A stretch of DNA of 64,000 nucleotides, from the IMG/VR virus record IMGVR_UViG_3300030390_002408; one strand, written 5' to 3'. This document shows positions 21,501-31,084 of the stretch, piece by piece. The notes under the pieces are model-generated. The model was not told the DNA's origin, made no database searches, and worked only from the letters and a program-made list of their open reading frames with translations. Made by a program: the position numbers and the translations under genes. Origin of the DNA: a virus. How positions within the stretch are numbered: the first letter of the stretch is position 1; each line of letters starts with the position of its first letter.

Positions 21501-21795
21501 TATCATATCCCCTTTTAATTAAATCATTTGAAGGGTCAATTTGAAGGATGTCAGTATCATTTAACCCTGAGGTATTTGAATTTTGTGTAATAGTCCAATC
21601 ATTATATTGGTATGAAGATTCTAAGAGAGAAATATTTGTATCATAAATAAATAATTCAACTCTGTTTTCTTCAGGTGAAAATGCTCCAGCTATATTCTCA
21701 CTTGGGATTATAGTTTGATCTGAGAGTTCAAAGCCATCATTAAATAATGAAGATGGGGTAATTTGAGATACAGATGAGGAAATTTTAAGTTCCAT
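15559..21795 (-). CDS. Giant virion structural (baseplate-associated) protein with inserted Fib_succ_major-like domain
   Basis: 2078 aa, S/T/G rich; KKKGTVSGLRQLINIWGI baseplate-like motif; insert at about 19140-19810. Confidence 0.65.
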   Translation of the reverse strand: MELKISSSVSQITPSSLFNDGFELSDQTIIPSENIAGAFSPEENRVELFIYDTNISLLESSYQYNDWTITQNSNTSGLNDTDILQIDPSNDLIKRGYDIGDLYAVYNFINYELSTSPTNLLYISEISSDRTEIKLNSNFISNEDLESSFNILKSKVDSAEYFDEFYISSLGNNYNIGVNLLLDTSTEQYSILIKLYDALPDSFFIKDEIYVTTKIAETQAYSVKFFTPPNLELDNVQYLKGPNYNLEIKDFVNNSTELKSKSELLDAVTTGSNNNLQNILNQKGVKITPNYSFSTFNEFVNFSSAKKRIENFYEKVSQIQSYEDDIATIKSSITGSTSGSSQVISTLSSANNNIENIIKNLDGYEYHLFYTSGSSAYPKVSGSDFPHTLQNTGSTEVLQWLGSDIEGSSTYGGIILSASLYDNTNQNWLYYTIPEFIRDNQDNNNYIDFSNMAGQHFDEIWLYTKAVTEKNNTTNELDKGIPLKLSQDAIKSLGYEGFGSNLNNQNNYMGLIGEEDGSYVPPTGNEIIDNYIAINNGTVVNYWSPSYSFLYYVEQLGEKGFPYPIDKVSKEIYKRLYHNMAYLVKKKGTVSGLRQLINIWGIPDTILRINEFGGKNKKNINDYDYWYNRYSYAFSPIANQNVASASAIIPWMPLERNRITDVSYININLRYPTKTEWDDESSSWGSLNRDGAFASVLKLPSAGNRSANSGFLGGEGSQGRYWSSDVLIGSNARYIFFNNLTSLSTSQSRAQGQSVRLIVDGTFTQAGYDNNYSGKTTEYLGLTYGFVYNTTTQKIWLDRNLGATQVATSYNDTSSYGDLYQWGRSADGHQIRTSSVYDGLISKPANKSASGDWNSKFIKTSVTPFDWLSVQDDSLGEEIISVSIIGNGKYIVPDNLQFRFKTSGYPTSSYAGEFFSQSLAVKKSDGDETSTNFDFGVGLFYTGSAVGTYSGSNNTTYRDWGVVRFYISGSPSEGGTVVSDDIYLPLYDNGWWSLMLQRDTHPSASVHTTNTTYTLYVKNKTYNGKDRNQISFQGSASISIDGSTSSSINEAWNKFGTGSHDGVYLGGLVSGSNVGPHTLNSSGKMFSGSFQEFRYYSNDIPETVFNDFVMNPESIEGNNITGSESSFDIVNFRAPLGNELEDKFETSISSSHTESFTSFHPAVSAKSNLLVTGSFVNPDGNVTSSNYHIRYYENETTRTFSQPNTETYFLDQPQIGSRNRISNKIEVVNNDNFGNVLSNTISIEQDYEISRSYTEDITSLEVAFSPQDNVNDDIIQAFGYGLISDALADPRFISSSSDYYPQLKKSAEYFFQKYTEGNIYDYIRLIKYVDNSLFKAIKAYVPARTSVSTGIIIKQHMLERNRFTPPSITNKTTVAVYPNDYNTPLVFKNLELTSSIPAKDDIKPLGSQAFGSVPVTQSYNNTFDTVLGLQTIIEDTEKEFYDGAYSGSIITATTQSLFYNPFKIFSDPSETIILVNTTASSLTPLQIPLSSFPFDNSIYNATINNVILNRPNTFLQDVDYSTDASTPINLDLIKTNSAIKANTPDSNYTMRRVTRPRYEGSRLQSADYNFPTNPSSSITFLNGDTGSYNGDESFGPTAVVDKNPIFFAHFKSSNESKELFDSYLFKVDALIGLPFEDITGDEESTSIPKIIKLDGSNDNLYETSNVFEPGREALISYDTLTANGVDLSILPIGLNKIYQGGLEYNLINGTEKSKTEYLSTQNYITASYCLNVKGRDGNLDGDFPLNPTPTTFSPSKTHKDLSYWMIKDPNYSGVFGYENAHKFYLAGGNMSLTQSLQIKNSFPANTEIHINGASLALINTLNTTLLTPFPRLPYFPYDRTTIPGGITNFGFSSSPPVYNSEYYSSTVGSIGFTPYIGYDLGTETYDEKPFKEIQNYFKFNVSQSFEGSYEDPNEIFTIKAGDELRITYNKQPDTPSPEVYNCTILKVGQSSNPPIHVRTTFDDSPGQPINYGDFPAGFSGGSPSNPAITWDFTPDSVFDMLIVTPPPPLELQFVYNFTIRRRVQADNKVLIFQSPPINSDGANTPTGEGYIVPNDCTPTQKKNALTLISQLKGTNTFD

Positions 21796-21808
21796 ATTTT
21801 ATGTTGAA

Positions 21809-22168
21809 TTATTTTTTTGTTAAACTTTCTACAATACTTAGAGCTTCATTTTGTCTTAGTTCTAAATTTTCTTCTCTTAATGATGATATTTCATCTAATA
21901 AAGCTTGAATTTCTTCTGAGATATTATTTACATCAGCATATTCGCTACTAGTTTTTGATAAATATTCATGAGATTCAATTTCACCTAATTTTGGAATATC
22001 ATAAAAAAATTTATCGTATAATAACCAAAAATCTTTTATGGTAGCCAAATCTAAATTAAAAAAAGAAGGATCGGGTTGAGTTATTAACTGATTAAATTCA
22101 GTATCAACTGTATCTTTAAATTTTTCCTTATTAAATACTTGTCTTTCTAGATTTGCTGATTTTTTCAT
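21809..22168 (-). CDS. Hypothetical structural-operon protein with C-terminal coiled coil
   Basis: 119-aa ORF overlapping upstream stop. Confidence 0.65.
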   Translation of the reverse strand: MKKSANLERQVFNKEKFKDTVDTEFNQLITQPDPSFFNLDLATIKDFWLLYDKFFYDIPKLGEIESHEYLSKTSSEYADVNNISEEIQALLDEISSLREENLELRQNEALSIVESLTKK

Positions 22169-23301
22169 CCTTTAGCTACTTTAAATAATATGTCTTCATC
22201 AAATACCTTAGTAGTATTGTCTAATTTAGTTTTAATTAAAATAGTATAATATCTTTCAGGTTCTAATCCACTCATATAAACATCAAAATAACTTGAGGTT
22301 TCATCTGCACTTATTTTAGTATAAGAAGAATCAAAATTAATTACAAATTCATTAGTATCTGTGTCTTTAATAGCATATGAAGATACATTTTCGGGTAAAT
22401 AATAATTTTCAGTATAATATGATGATGTTATAAATTGTCTATCTGGATATTTAGGTATGGCTGATATTCTAAATCTAGCTATACTTTCAGAATAGTATAC
22501 CCCAGTATTATTATATATGTTTATAAAACTTTCAGCTTTATTTAATATAACATTTGAAGAAGATCCAGTATTAAATATATAATCATCCCATCTAAATTCT
22601 AATTGTGGAGGGTAAATTGTGTTTGTATCGATACTAAAATATCTAAAAGTATGGGAGTTATTAGATGAAATATTAAATTCATCATTTGATCCTTGCTTTA
22701 CAATAAATCCATCATTATGGAAACCATTGCTGGAATCTATTGAATTACTCTGCCAAGTGTTAATTGTATTAGTAACATCTAATGAAATATCAATAGTATC
22801 ACTATAATTAAATGATTGAGAGGGTGTTACATCTAATCCTAAATTAGAACCTGTATACCAAGTTCCCCCTCCTATTGAGGAAGAATAAGAGGCAGTAACA
22901 TAACTACTAAATGAAGAAGTAGCCCACTCAGTTGAACCAGAAGATGCTTGGAATTTCCAACTTACACCATTTGAAGTTATTGGGGTATTTCTAAAATGGC
23001 CTGTCCCCATATTCCAACTTCCTGAAATTGGGTAGGCGTATAATTTAGTATCTGAATTTAATCCTGTTACTACAGCTGCGTAATTATTTAAATATGTTTT
23101 AAATGATGATCCTGATATCTTATTAGTTATAATATCTGAAATTTCTGTTGAAGCAAATTTAATTAAATATCTACTAATATGAGGATCTCCCAAGTACATA
23201 TAAGTTGATGCTTCTAAAATTTGGTCTAAACCTGTATTCATACTAATATTTTCAGTATAAATTGAAGCATCTTTTGTTGGGAATATTTTGTATACTGCCA
23301 T
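22165..23301 (-). CDS. Virion structural protein
   Basis: 378 aa, beta-rich; directly downstream of baseplate wedge gene. Confidence 0.55.
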   Translation of the reverse strand: MAVYKIFPTKDASIYTENISMNTGLDQILEASTYMYLGDPHISRYLIKFASTEISDIITNKISGSSFKTYLNNYAAVVTGLNSDTKLYAYPISGSWNMGTGHFRNTPITSNGVSWKFQASSGSTEWATSSFSSYVTASYSSSIGGGTWYTGSNLGLDVTPSQSFNYSDTIDISLDVTNTINTWQSNSIDSSNGFHNDGFIVKQGSNDEFNISSNNSHTFRYFSIDTNTIYPPQLEFRWDDYIFNTGSSSNVILNKAESFINIYNNTGVYYSESIARFRISAIPKYPDRQFITSSYYTENYYLPENVSSYAIKDTDTNEFVINFDSSYTKISADETSSYFDVYMSGLEPERYYTILIKTKLDNTTKVFDEDILFKVAKG

Positions 23302-23314
23302 TGTTGTTTATTTA

Positions 23315-25174
23315 TTATAAAGGTACTACTCTACCTTTAATATCGGTATTTGGAAATTTAATTTCAAAAATCATAGGATCTAATGATGGATAAACTACAT
23401 TTTTAATAGTTGCTCCAGGTATATCATAGGCATAAGTACTGTATCCATAATTTTCTCCTATTTTATTTAAAATTCTAAGATCTTGTACAGTTTGTACTCC
23501 TTCTATTTTATCTAGTAAAATAAATATATCTTTTAACATAATAGGCTCATTAACTTGCCATTTATCTATATTAAAGAAATCTGTAATAGCGTCTATACAT
23601 TTAGTAATTACTTCATTATTATTAAAATTAGGTAATACTATAATATCAAATTCAACTCCTATGTTAATAATGAAAGCATCTTTAATATTAATTTTATCAT
23701 TTACCATTCGATACTCTGAAAGGTACGTTTTTAAATTATTTTTTAATGTTGGTGACGCTGGCCTTAAACTTTTATTTATGTCATATGATAAAACATATAA
23801 ATCTAAAAGTGTTGGAAGGCTATTTTGAGATACGTCTGATATTTTTGTAGGTGCTGCAAAGGCTTTTGCAATTACCCCTAAATTAGAAGGCATAGATAAT
23901 GATCTAATTAAGTAATCCTGAGGTGTTACTGTTCTTAATTGATTTTGGAAACTACCTAAAGCATTTTGTCTTAATTCTTCAATGGTATCTCCATCTTGAC
24001 CACCATCAGCAGCTAGAGGATTATTTGATGCTAATGAATTAAAAGTAGAATTAGCTAAAGATGTATTATTTAAGTTAGGCTTAACAAAAGTAACATTAGA
24101 AGTATCTACTAATGTCATGACTCCAGAAGGTACGTTTGATGAAACCCCCCCACCTGTTAGATATCTTACTGTTAAAGTTATATTAGAAGGTGAAATTCCA
24201 TAAGTATCTGTAAATACGAAATTTACAGGTGAAAAAGCTGTTGTTAATTGAGTTCTTTCAAATGGTAATCCTGATCCTACATTATCTGGGTTGGGAACTA
24301 TTTCTTCGGTTGTGTCTCCTGTTGAACCGGCTCCAAATTGTAATTGTAAAGATCCCTCATTTAAAAATCTACTTGCAAATCTTCTTTGGACTTGTTTTAA
24401 TTGTAAAAGATAAGGAACTTCATTATCCTCATAAGCATTAGGATCATTAGTATTAGTATTTTTAATAGTATCAAATACAGCGTCTTGTGCTAAATTTGGC
24501 ACTTCATACCAAGTATTACCGTCACTATCCACCACATCTAGAATCCCTATGATATTAGCCGTATTAATATTTCTAGTATCGAATTTAACACCATTCCCAA
24601 ATGTAAAAGTTTCAGTATTTACTGTAGCTGATATTGATTTTCTTGTTTTCTTTAATAAAAATGAAGTTGGCTCATTTCCTGAAATTTCATATACTGTAAT
24701 TGTAGTAGGATCTAATGAGCTTGAAGATGAAAAATCTACAAAATCTTCAATTAAAAATCTAGTAACAGTGTTATTAGAAGAAATTTGGGTATTTTCGGGG
24801 ATTTGTAGACAATAATCAAAATCTGGGACTTGTGAGGATCCTAAAGTCTTAGCAGGTAAGGTTTGAAAAAAATCAATATTTACACGTGCTGCAGTTGTTA
24901 CTTTAGGAGTATATCCTAACATGTAAGACAAATTAAACAAATTTTGAGTTTGCCTAGCATATTGAATAAATGTTTCTTGAATTTGATTATCTAAATAAAA
25001 AGATAAAACATCCCCAACATATGATGCCATCTCCATAAATAACATCCCGGTAGAAGTGTTAGAAAAGTCATTATAAGTATTAGGGAAATATGTTTTAGAG
25101 TATTCTACTAAGGCACTTCTAAAATCATTAAAATCTCTATTAATATATTTTATATCTCGTTTTAAATCAGCCAT
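23315..25174 (-). CDS. Baseplate wedge subunit (T4 gp6 / baseplate J-like)
   Basis: YINRDF...; YVGDVLSFYLD; VRYLTGGG; GGQDGDTIEELR; QLRTVTPQDY. Confidence 0.9.
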   Translation of the reverse strand: MADLKRDIKYINRDFNDFRSALVEYSKTYFPNTYNDFSNTSTGMLFMEMASYVGDVLSFYLDNQIQETFIQYARQTQNLFNLSYMLGYTPKVTTAARVNIDFFQTLPAKTLGSSQVPDFDYCLQIPENTQISSNNTVTRFLIEDFVDFSSSSSLDPTTITVYEISGNEPTSFLLKKTRKSISATVNTETFTFGNGVKFDTRNINTANIIGILDVVDSDGNTWYEVPNLAQDAVFDTIKNTNTNDPNAYEDNEVPYLLQLKQVQRRFASRFLNEGSLQLQFGAGSTGDTTEEIVPNPDNVGSGLPFERTQLTTAFSPVNFVFTDTYGISPSNITLTVRYLTGGGVSSNVPSGVMTLVDTSNVTFVKPNLNNTSLANSTFNSLASNNPLAADGGQDGDTIEELRQNALGSFQNQLRTVTPQDYLIRSLSMPSNLGVIAKAFAAPTKISDVSQNSLPTLLDLYVLSYDINKSLRPASPTLKNNLKTYLSEYRMVNDKINIKDAFIINIGVEFDIIVLPNFNNNEVITKCIDAITDFFNIDKWQVNEPIMLKDIFILLDKIEGVQTVQDLRILNKIGENYGYSTYAYDIPGATIKNVVYPSLDPMIFEIKFPNTDIKGRVVPL

Positions 25175-25581
25175 TATTGTAATAATATATTTATGTTATC
25201 TTCAATCCCGAATAATGAGATTTCATATGATAGTAAAAAATTTACTTCATTAAGATCAGGCTCATTTTGAAATTCAATTTGTTTAACGTTTACTGTAGGG
25301 AAATATAATGCAATTTCCTCTTGAATTTTAAATTTTAAATCATCTAAAGTTGAATCTGTGATGTTTTCAAATAAAATAGATTTTAAATTAGCACCAAAAT
25401 TAGGGTTAAATACTCTTTCTCCCTTATTTGTTAATAAATAATTAATTAAATTTGCCTTAATTTGATCTTTAGTTTGATATGTGGGAACAAAAACAGCATC
25501 CCCATTTAAAGGAAAACCAAACCCTATAGCTTTTCTAGCTTCAGTGTCAATTGGAAATTTATTTGAAATTATTTTTGCCAT
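25174..25581 (-). CDS. Baseplate gp25-like (GPW/gp25) protein
   Basis: QIKANLINYLLTNKGERVFNPNFG...LFE. Confidence 0.9.
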   Translation of the reverse strand: MAKIISNKFPIDTEARKAIGFGFPLNGDAVFVPTYQTKDQIKANLINYLLTNKGERVFNPNFGANLKSILFENITDSTLDDLKFKIQEEIALYFPTVNVKQIEFQNEPDLNEVNFLLSYEISLFGIEDNINILLQ

Positions 25582-25934
25582 TATCGACCCATTAAATTTG
25601 TAATTTGATCCATACTTACACTACCTCCCCCTAATGAACCATTAATGGCATCAGCACCAGGTTGTGGGTTAAAAGATTGGACATCATTAGATGTAAAATT
25701 TAACTGTGTACCATTTAAAGCTTCTTCATACTTAGCTCTTTTATCAGCTAAACTAACTTCGGGTTGGGGTGAAGTTAAATGTTGTTGTTGTTGTTGGTTA
25801 TATTGAATATTTTCAGTTATGGGTGAAATATTCTTTTGGGATTTGAAGGATTCAAATAAAATGTCTTTCAACTCTTCTTGAATTGCTTCCTTAACTGCTG
25901 ATTTAACTATTTTTTTAAATTCTGATGATTTCAT
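25581..25934 (-). CDS. Hypothetical late protein
   Basis: 117 aa; late motif at 25945-25953. Confidence 0.65.
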   Translation of the reverse strand: MKSSEFKKIVKSAVKEAIQEELKDILFESFKSQKNISPITENIQYNQQQQQHLTSPQPEVSLADKRAKYEEALNGTQLNFTSNDVQSFNPQPGADAINGSLGGGSVSMDQITNLMGR

Positions 25935-26007
25935 ATCACTTTTGTTATAAATATTAATTTGATTAGTTTTTTATCCACTTTGAATGGGATAAGGTAATTA
26001 TAGGTTT

Positions 26008-26805
26008 TTAAATACCCAAAAGGTAATTATCTATTCTAAATTTTACCTCATCTATTAAAACCTCTAGGGAGGAAGAGAATGAATACCCGTTATCAAGAAG
26101 ATTATATAATATAACCTTTGTTTTATTTTGAGCTTTTACTCTCCTAGAGTCGAAAGAGAATTCATTTTTTGGATTATATTGGATTTCTAATTTGAAACCT
26201 TTATAAAATATGGGATTTAAGGATCCGGGTTGTAGTTGGTTTAGTAAATCCTTATTTGATGTTTGATTTTGAACAGCATTTGATAAACCCTCAATAGTTA
26301 AAGACTCAGTTAACTCATTTTGAGATATACCCTGTGATTTAATACATGAATTTAATGCAATATCTAATGAATTTAATTTTATAATTAATTTATCAATTTC
26401 TGGGAGGATACTCTTAAATACTTGAGGGATCATTTTAACTGTGCCTTTCCCATTTGTTAATAACCCCCCCAAAGTATCTAATGAGTCTGCTAATACATTA
26501 GTTACAGTTAAAGGTGTAAAGGGTACAATAGGGATAGGTAAGTATTTAATTACTTTAACACCTACTTCTAACCCTTTAAGTATACTTTCTAAAGTTTGTC
26601 CAGTTTTTGTAATACTATTTAATGTTTTTTTAATTGTAGTTAGAGTAGAAATAAATGTGTTTTTTTGAATTATTATTTTCTTTAATTCTTCTTTAGTGGG
26701 ACAACCAACTTCAAATTTTTTTATAATTTCATCAACTTTACCATCTAATTTTAAAATAGATTTAAGTGATCTTTGTACGGTTGATGCAATTAGTTTAGTA
26801 AGCAT
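26008..26805 (-). CDS. Hypothetical helical protein of the baseplate module
   Basis: 265-aa ORF abutting the gp5-like gene. Confidence 0.6.
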   Translation of the reverse strand: MLTKLIASTVQRSLKSILKLDGKVDEIIKKFEVGCPTKEELKKIIIQKNTFISTLTTIKKTLNSITKTGQTLESILKGLEVGVKVIKYLPIPIVPFTPLTVTNVLADSLDTLGGLLTNGKGTVKMIPQVFKSILPEIDKLIIKLNSLDIALNSCIKSQGISQNELTESLTIEGLSNAVQNQTSNKDLLNQLQPGSLNPIFYKGFKLEIQYNPKNEFSFDSRRVKAQNKTKVILYNLLDNGYSFSSSLEVLIDEVKFRIDNYLLGI

Positions 26806-28082
26806 TACTTAGATTTTGATATTTTTGATTTATAAGATTCAATATTTGCTATCATTTCCTTAGCTTTTTCCTCCATACCTACAGCCATTGGAGCATGACC
26901 TAAAGAAGGAGTAGCAGGAGCAATTAATATTGGGGTCTTACCCAAATAATTCCCTAATAAGGATATTTGGGTTAATAATTTTTCTAGATCAGAAAGGAAT
27001 TTATCTCCTAAAATAACAGGCTCAGTAGCATTTTTATTACCTAATAATATTTCTGGGGAGTTTATTACTGTTTGTTTTGAATCAATTGTTACACTATTAA
27101 CTGAATTTAAGTTTATAATTTTGTTAGAAGATAATAGTATTGAATCCTTTTTAGAATTAAATAATAATCTTCCAGAATTTAAAATGATTTGCTCGCTATC
27201 AAATTTATCAGCTTTTATAGGTTTTTCCTCACATGAATTATAACCCTTATTACCCTTAGGGCTAGATAGATTTATGGGGATGGATTGTGTTGATGTTATA
27301 TAAATTGAAGATAAATCTTTGTTTATATCTTCTACTTGAGGAATTAATTTTTCTTTACCATCATCATGTTGACCGTTTCTTATTATAGTTAAAGGATCTC
27401 CTTGTGATTCTTTTTTCTCACCTCTAATTCTTTCTATAATATTAAATCCCTTAGACCATGGATTATCAATTTTTCCACCTTTTATAGTAGAAGTAAATCT
27501 TATACTCTGGCCCCATCTACCCTCATACATAATATCCCCTTCAAAAGGTTGGAGGTTTTTTATATCTAGTTTTTCTTTAAAGGTATTCCCCAAATCAATA
27601 CCTTTTCCTTTATTTGTAACTCTTTTTACGGATCCTACTTCAGTTTGTTGGTAGTCTCTTTGTTGTGAGGGGGGGAGAGTTGATTTATTAATTCCATCAG
27701 GAATAGCATTATGGTGTATACTATTCCAGATATTTATAGGTTGGAAATAATACCAATCAGTTTTATTAGTATCAGTTTCTACCCCAATAGATGATAACTG
27801 TATAACATATACAATCTCATTTTCTAATGGGTAGTTTATAATATTAGGGAATAAAGGTCTAGCAAATCTACCATCGGTTTTTACTTTACTTGGGTTAGGA
27901 TGTTTAACATTTTCCCAAAATATTCCACCTATAGAATGCCACTCCCCATGAGATTTGAAAGCTTTAGGAAAAGTTTTATCATCTAAAATGCAACATCTAA
28001 CCCTTGCTGAAAGTATTAGTTTTTCATCAGATTGGGGGGTAGCATTATCGGTAGACTGTGTTCCTGTTATTCTAGTTACCAT
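26805..28082 (-). CDS. Baseplate hub/central spike (gp5/gpV-like)
   Basis: YPLENEIV; EGDIMYEGRWGQSIRF; QIILNSGRL; EPVILGD; position near gp25. Confidence 0.6.
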   Translation of the reverse strand: MVTRITGTQSTDNATPQSDEKLILSARVRCCILDDKTFPKAFKSHGEWHSIGGIFWENVKHPNPSKVKTDGRFARPLFPNIINYPLENEIVYVIQLSSIGVETDTNKTDWYYFQPINIWNSIHHNAIPDGINKSTLPPSQQRDYQQTEVGSVKRVTNKGKGIDLGNTFKEKLDIKNLQPFEGDIMYEGRWGQSIRFTSTIKGGKIDNPWSKGFNIIERIRGEKKESQGDPLTIIRNGQHDDGKEKLIPQVEDINKDLSSIYITSTQSIPINLSSPKGNKGYNSCEEKPIKADKFDSEQIILNSGRLLFNSKKDSILLSSNKIINLNSVNSVTIDSKQTVINSPEILLGNKNATEPVILGDKFLSDLEKLLTQISLLGNYLGKTPILIAPATPSLGHAPMAVGMEEKAKEMIANIESYKSKISKSK

Positions 28083-28426
28083 TATTTTCCTTTTTCGATT
28101 TGTAATCTTTCCATTTCATCTAAAAGTTGTTGTTTTTCACTTTCAGATATACCGAAATCATCACTACTACTCCCTTGATTATGAAGAACTCGTTGAACAA
28201 TGGTAGCCATTTTAATTAGCTGCTCATCATTTTTAACCCCAATCTCCATATACTCTTTAATTAGAGGTACTATTAAAGTAGCATCTCCAATTTCTTGTAC
28301 TAAAGGTTTTAATTCTGTGATTAAAGCTGTTACTTGATCTTCTCTTCTCTTCTGGTTGTTGTAGATTTCTTCAAGGATATCAGAAAATTTTTTCTTACCA
28401 AATATTAGTGAGTCTAACTGTCCCAT
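28082..28426 (-). CDS. Hypothetical coiled-coil late protein
   Basis: 114 aa; late motif at 28435-28443. Confidence 0.65.
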   Translation of the reverse strand: MGQLDSLIFGKKKFSDILEEIYNNQKRREDQVTALITELKPLVQEIGDATLIVPLIKEYMEIGVKNDEQLIKMATIVQRVLHNQGSSSDDFGISESEKQQLLDEMERLQIEKGK

Positions 28427-28459
28427 AATTTTGATTATAAATATAGGAAAAGATGACTT

Positions 28460-29263
28460 TTAAGATGGGAATATACCTGTTTCAAGGTATAGCATGTATT
28501 TTTCCTTAAAGACTTTATAGAGTTTATTTGCTATTTTTGTAATTTTAGGTGTTTTAACATCAACCATTTCACGGATATAAATGTATAAAGCTTTTTTATT
28601 AAATACATTTATATTATCTCTCTTTCTAAAAAGTTCAAGGATAGCGTCGGCAATTTTAGCATCATATTCTTTTGGGAAGAGGGTATAAATATTAGTAGTA
28701 CAATATAAAATATACTTATCCATAAAAATAAATAACCTATCATTCTCTTTATACCCCTTAAAACCTAACTCGTCATCTAAATCCTTATTATTATCCTTAA
28801 TTTTATCTATATTACTATCCATCCTAAGAGAAGAAATAAATTGGGAATTTGATGAGTCTATCTGGGAGTAGTGGTTAAGGTCATCAATGTTTATATTTTT
28901 TATTTTCTTTTTATAATTTTTATCATTATATAATATAAGCCACCTTTTAACTATAGTACCAAAATAGGAGTAAGCTTTAGCACCATTTTCAGGATTGAAG
29001 AGGTGTATTTTAGATAAAAGAAAAATTATAATTTCATGTTGTAAATCCTCTAAATTTTCTACTTCTGTATGGTAAAATTTAAAAGTATGAATTATATTTT
29101 GGGTGAGTTTAAAAAAAGGATAATGAATAAATTCTTCATAAATATTACTTTTTTCTTGACTACTAGTAGATTTATTATATCTAACAATAGCATTTTCTGT
29201 TTCCTTAGTAAAGTAATTCCTCTTTTGTTTTCCCTTAAGGTGTTTTTGAATAATATAATCCAT
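28460..29263 (-). CDS. Putative late sigma factor (T4 gp55-like)
   Basis: RNYFT...; FNPE..AKAYSYFGTI resembles the gp55 AFAYFTQI region. Confidence 0.65.
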   Translation of the reverse strand: MDYIIQKHLKGKQKRNYFTKETENAIVRYNKSTSSQEKSNIYEEFIHYPFFKLTQNIIHTFKFYHTEVENLEDLQHEIIIFLLSKIHLFNPENGAKAYSYFGTIVKRWLILYNDKNYKKKIKNINIDDLNHYSQIDSSNSQFISSLRMDSNIDKIKDNNKDLDDELGFKGYKENDRLFIFMDKYILYCTTNIYTLFPKEYDAKIADAILELFRKRDNINVFNKKALYIYIREMVDVKTPKITKIANKLYKVFKEKYMLYLETGIFPS

Positions 29264-29272
29264 TGAGTTTCT

Positions 29273-29557
29273 TTAAGATTTTTTCAATTTGAAGTCATTT
29301 AATACTTCTTGAATGCTTTTTATTGATTTAAAGAAATACCCAACTTCATCATCACTAGAAAATGTGCCCCTATGGTCTAACTTTTTTAATTTATCATCGG
29401 AGATTTCAATTACTCTAGATATTTTATCCAAGTATTCTAAATAACCTACTACTATATCTTCTGCTCTTTCATTCTTCCTTAAAAGATTTAAGGTTGTAAA
29501 TATTAGGATTACAACTAAAACCGAAAGAACAACTAAAGCTATTGTTATACCAATCAT
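29273..29557 (-). CDS. Small membrane-anchored protein
   Basis: N-terminal hydrophobic helix. Confidence 0.65.
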   Translation of the reverse strand: MIGITIALVVLSVLVVILIFTTLNLLRKNERAEDIVVGYLEYLDKISRVIEISDDKLKKLDHRGTFSSDDEVGYFFKSIKSIQEVLNDFKLKKS

Positions 29558-30333
29558 AATTTATCAATTATATTTTTTAGACCTCCACTTTCTATACTAC
29601 TAAGAGCTTTTGTTCTAGAAGAGGATTTTTTATTATCCCCCAATGTAAAACCTTTTTTTGAAGTATCCAAGTTATTTTCTTCTTTAAATTTTGGCAACCA
29701 CTCTCTTTCAAATTCTATTCGAGCAGCCATTAAATCGGCCTGGTGTAAAATAAATGGAAGAGGTGTTCTAGGTTTAGTTTCGGGCATAAATGATTTTAAA
29801 TATTTTTCATTTGCTGAATCGTATAAACCATCATGAGTCTGGATAGCAATCATTTCATTGAAAGTATATTTAATACCATGGGCTTGTAAAAGGTATAAAC
29901 CTCTATCAGGAACCGAGGCAAATGCTAATTTTTTACTATGCATATATTCTTCTCCTAATTTATCTCTTCTCCATTTATCAGTTTGGGGTATATAAGATTC
30001 ATTTTCTTCATCACCCATTTTACCTAAATCATGGTTTAAGGCTGAAAATATTAATTCTTCTTTAGTAAAAGACTCAACATCAGCACCTTCTTCCTTCCAT
30101 AATTTATACTGTTTAATAGAACATCTAATAACTCTATTAACATGCTCTACATAACCTCCTGGAAAGGCATTATGGTATTCCCTCTTATGAGCTGCAGGCA
30201 TTAATATTAATCTTTCCTGGTATTTATTATAGAAATTTAATAAATGTTCCTTTCTCTCACCTGTAATATGTTTATTAATATAATCTATGAGAGTTTCCCA
30301 TTCTTTCTGGAGTTGTTCTGCTGATAGTTTCAT
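29554..30333 (-). CDS. HD-domain phosphohydrolase
   Basis: YHNAFPGGYVEH; NHDLGK; THDG; LHQAD. Confidence 0.85.
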   Translation of the reverse strand: MKLSAEQLQKEWETLIDYINKHITGERKEHLLNFYNKYQERLILMPAAHKREYHNAFPGGYVEHVNRVIRCSIKQYKLWKEEGADVESFTKEELIFSALNHDLGKMGDEENESYIPQTDKWRRDKLGEEYMHSKKLAFASVPDRGLYLLQAHGIKYTFNEMIAIQTHDGLYDSANEKYLKSFMPETKPRTPLPFILHQADLMAARIEFEREWLPKFKEENNLDTSKKGFTLGDNKKSSSRTKALSSIESGGLKNIIDKL

Positions 30334-30350
30334 ATAACTTTTTTTAAATA

Positions 30351-30542
30351 TTAACCGTTTCTTAATGGAGTAGTATCTCTTTCAATAATTGATTTTAAAT
30401 CTTCTATAACCTCCTCAGCACTATTAATTTCATCTTTAAATTGTTTAGATGTTGATCCTGGACGGGATAATAGAAGATTCATGGTTTTTAACTTTGCTTC
30501 TAACTGCATAAATCGTCTATCAATTAATTCTTGATTTTTCAT
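30351..30542 (-). CDS. Hypothetical protein
   Basis: 63-aa ORF. Confidence 0.6.
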   Translation of the reverse strand: MKNQELIDRRFMQLEAKLKTMNLLLSRPGSTSKQFKDEINSAEEVIEDLKSIIERDTTPLRNG

Positions 30543-30663
30543 ATTACATTATTTTAATGATTATTTATTAACCTTTATTTTTAATATTTTAATAACCTTT
30601 TTTTAATTTCCATTTCCTAATTTCTGTATTTAGAAGGTATTAAGGAGAATTTACATAACCTAA

Positions 30664-31080
30664 TTATTCTTCAATTTTATCTAAGATTTTTTTAAGAAGG
30701 GCACAATTTTCATACATTTCCCTTTTTTCAAAATACATAATACCTAATTTTAGGGTCATATCTAAGTATTCATCTGATGATTTTTTTAATACTTTAATGT
30801 GGTATTCATCTTTTAGGTTTATAGATTTAATATAATCCCAAGCTCTCTGATATGTTATAAACTCCCCAGCTTCACTCATTTCATCAACATCTAAGTCTTC
30901 ATCTGAGTCTTTAAAGAATTTTACTATTTTTTTATTAAAATTGGAATTATTTAATACTAATTTTTTATACATCCCCACCCAGTATAAAGGAGAAGATTTA
31001 AAATCTACATATGGGTTTTTATCCTCATCTTCAATTCTTTCATTTTCATTGAATAATTCAAATATTTTAGATAAATTCAT
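30664..31080 (-). CDS. Hypothetical protein with C-terminal UVR-like motif
   Basis: YFEKREMYENCALLKKI. Confidence 0.6.
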   Translation of the reverse strand: MNLSKIFELFNENERIEDEDKNPYVDFKSSPLYWVGMYKKLVLNNSNFNKKIVKFFKDSDEDLDVDEMSEAGEFITYQRAWDYIKSINLKDEYHIKVLKKSSDEYLDMTLKLGIMYFEKREMYENCALLKKILDKIEE

Positions 31081-31084
31081 CTTA

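Noticed and set aside
15559-21795. Diversity-generating retroelement targeting the Fib_succ-like domain
   Set aside because: No reverse transcriptase and no template/variable repeat pair seen in this window.
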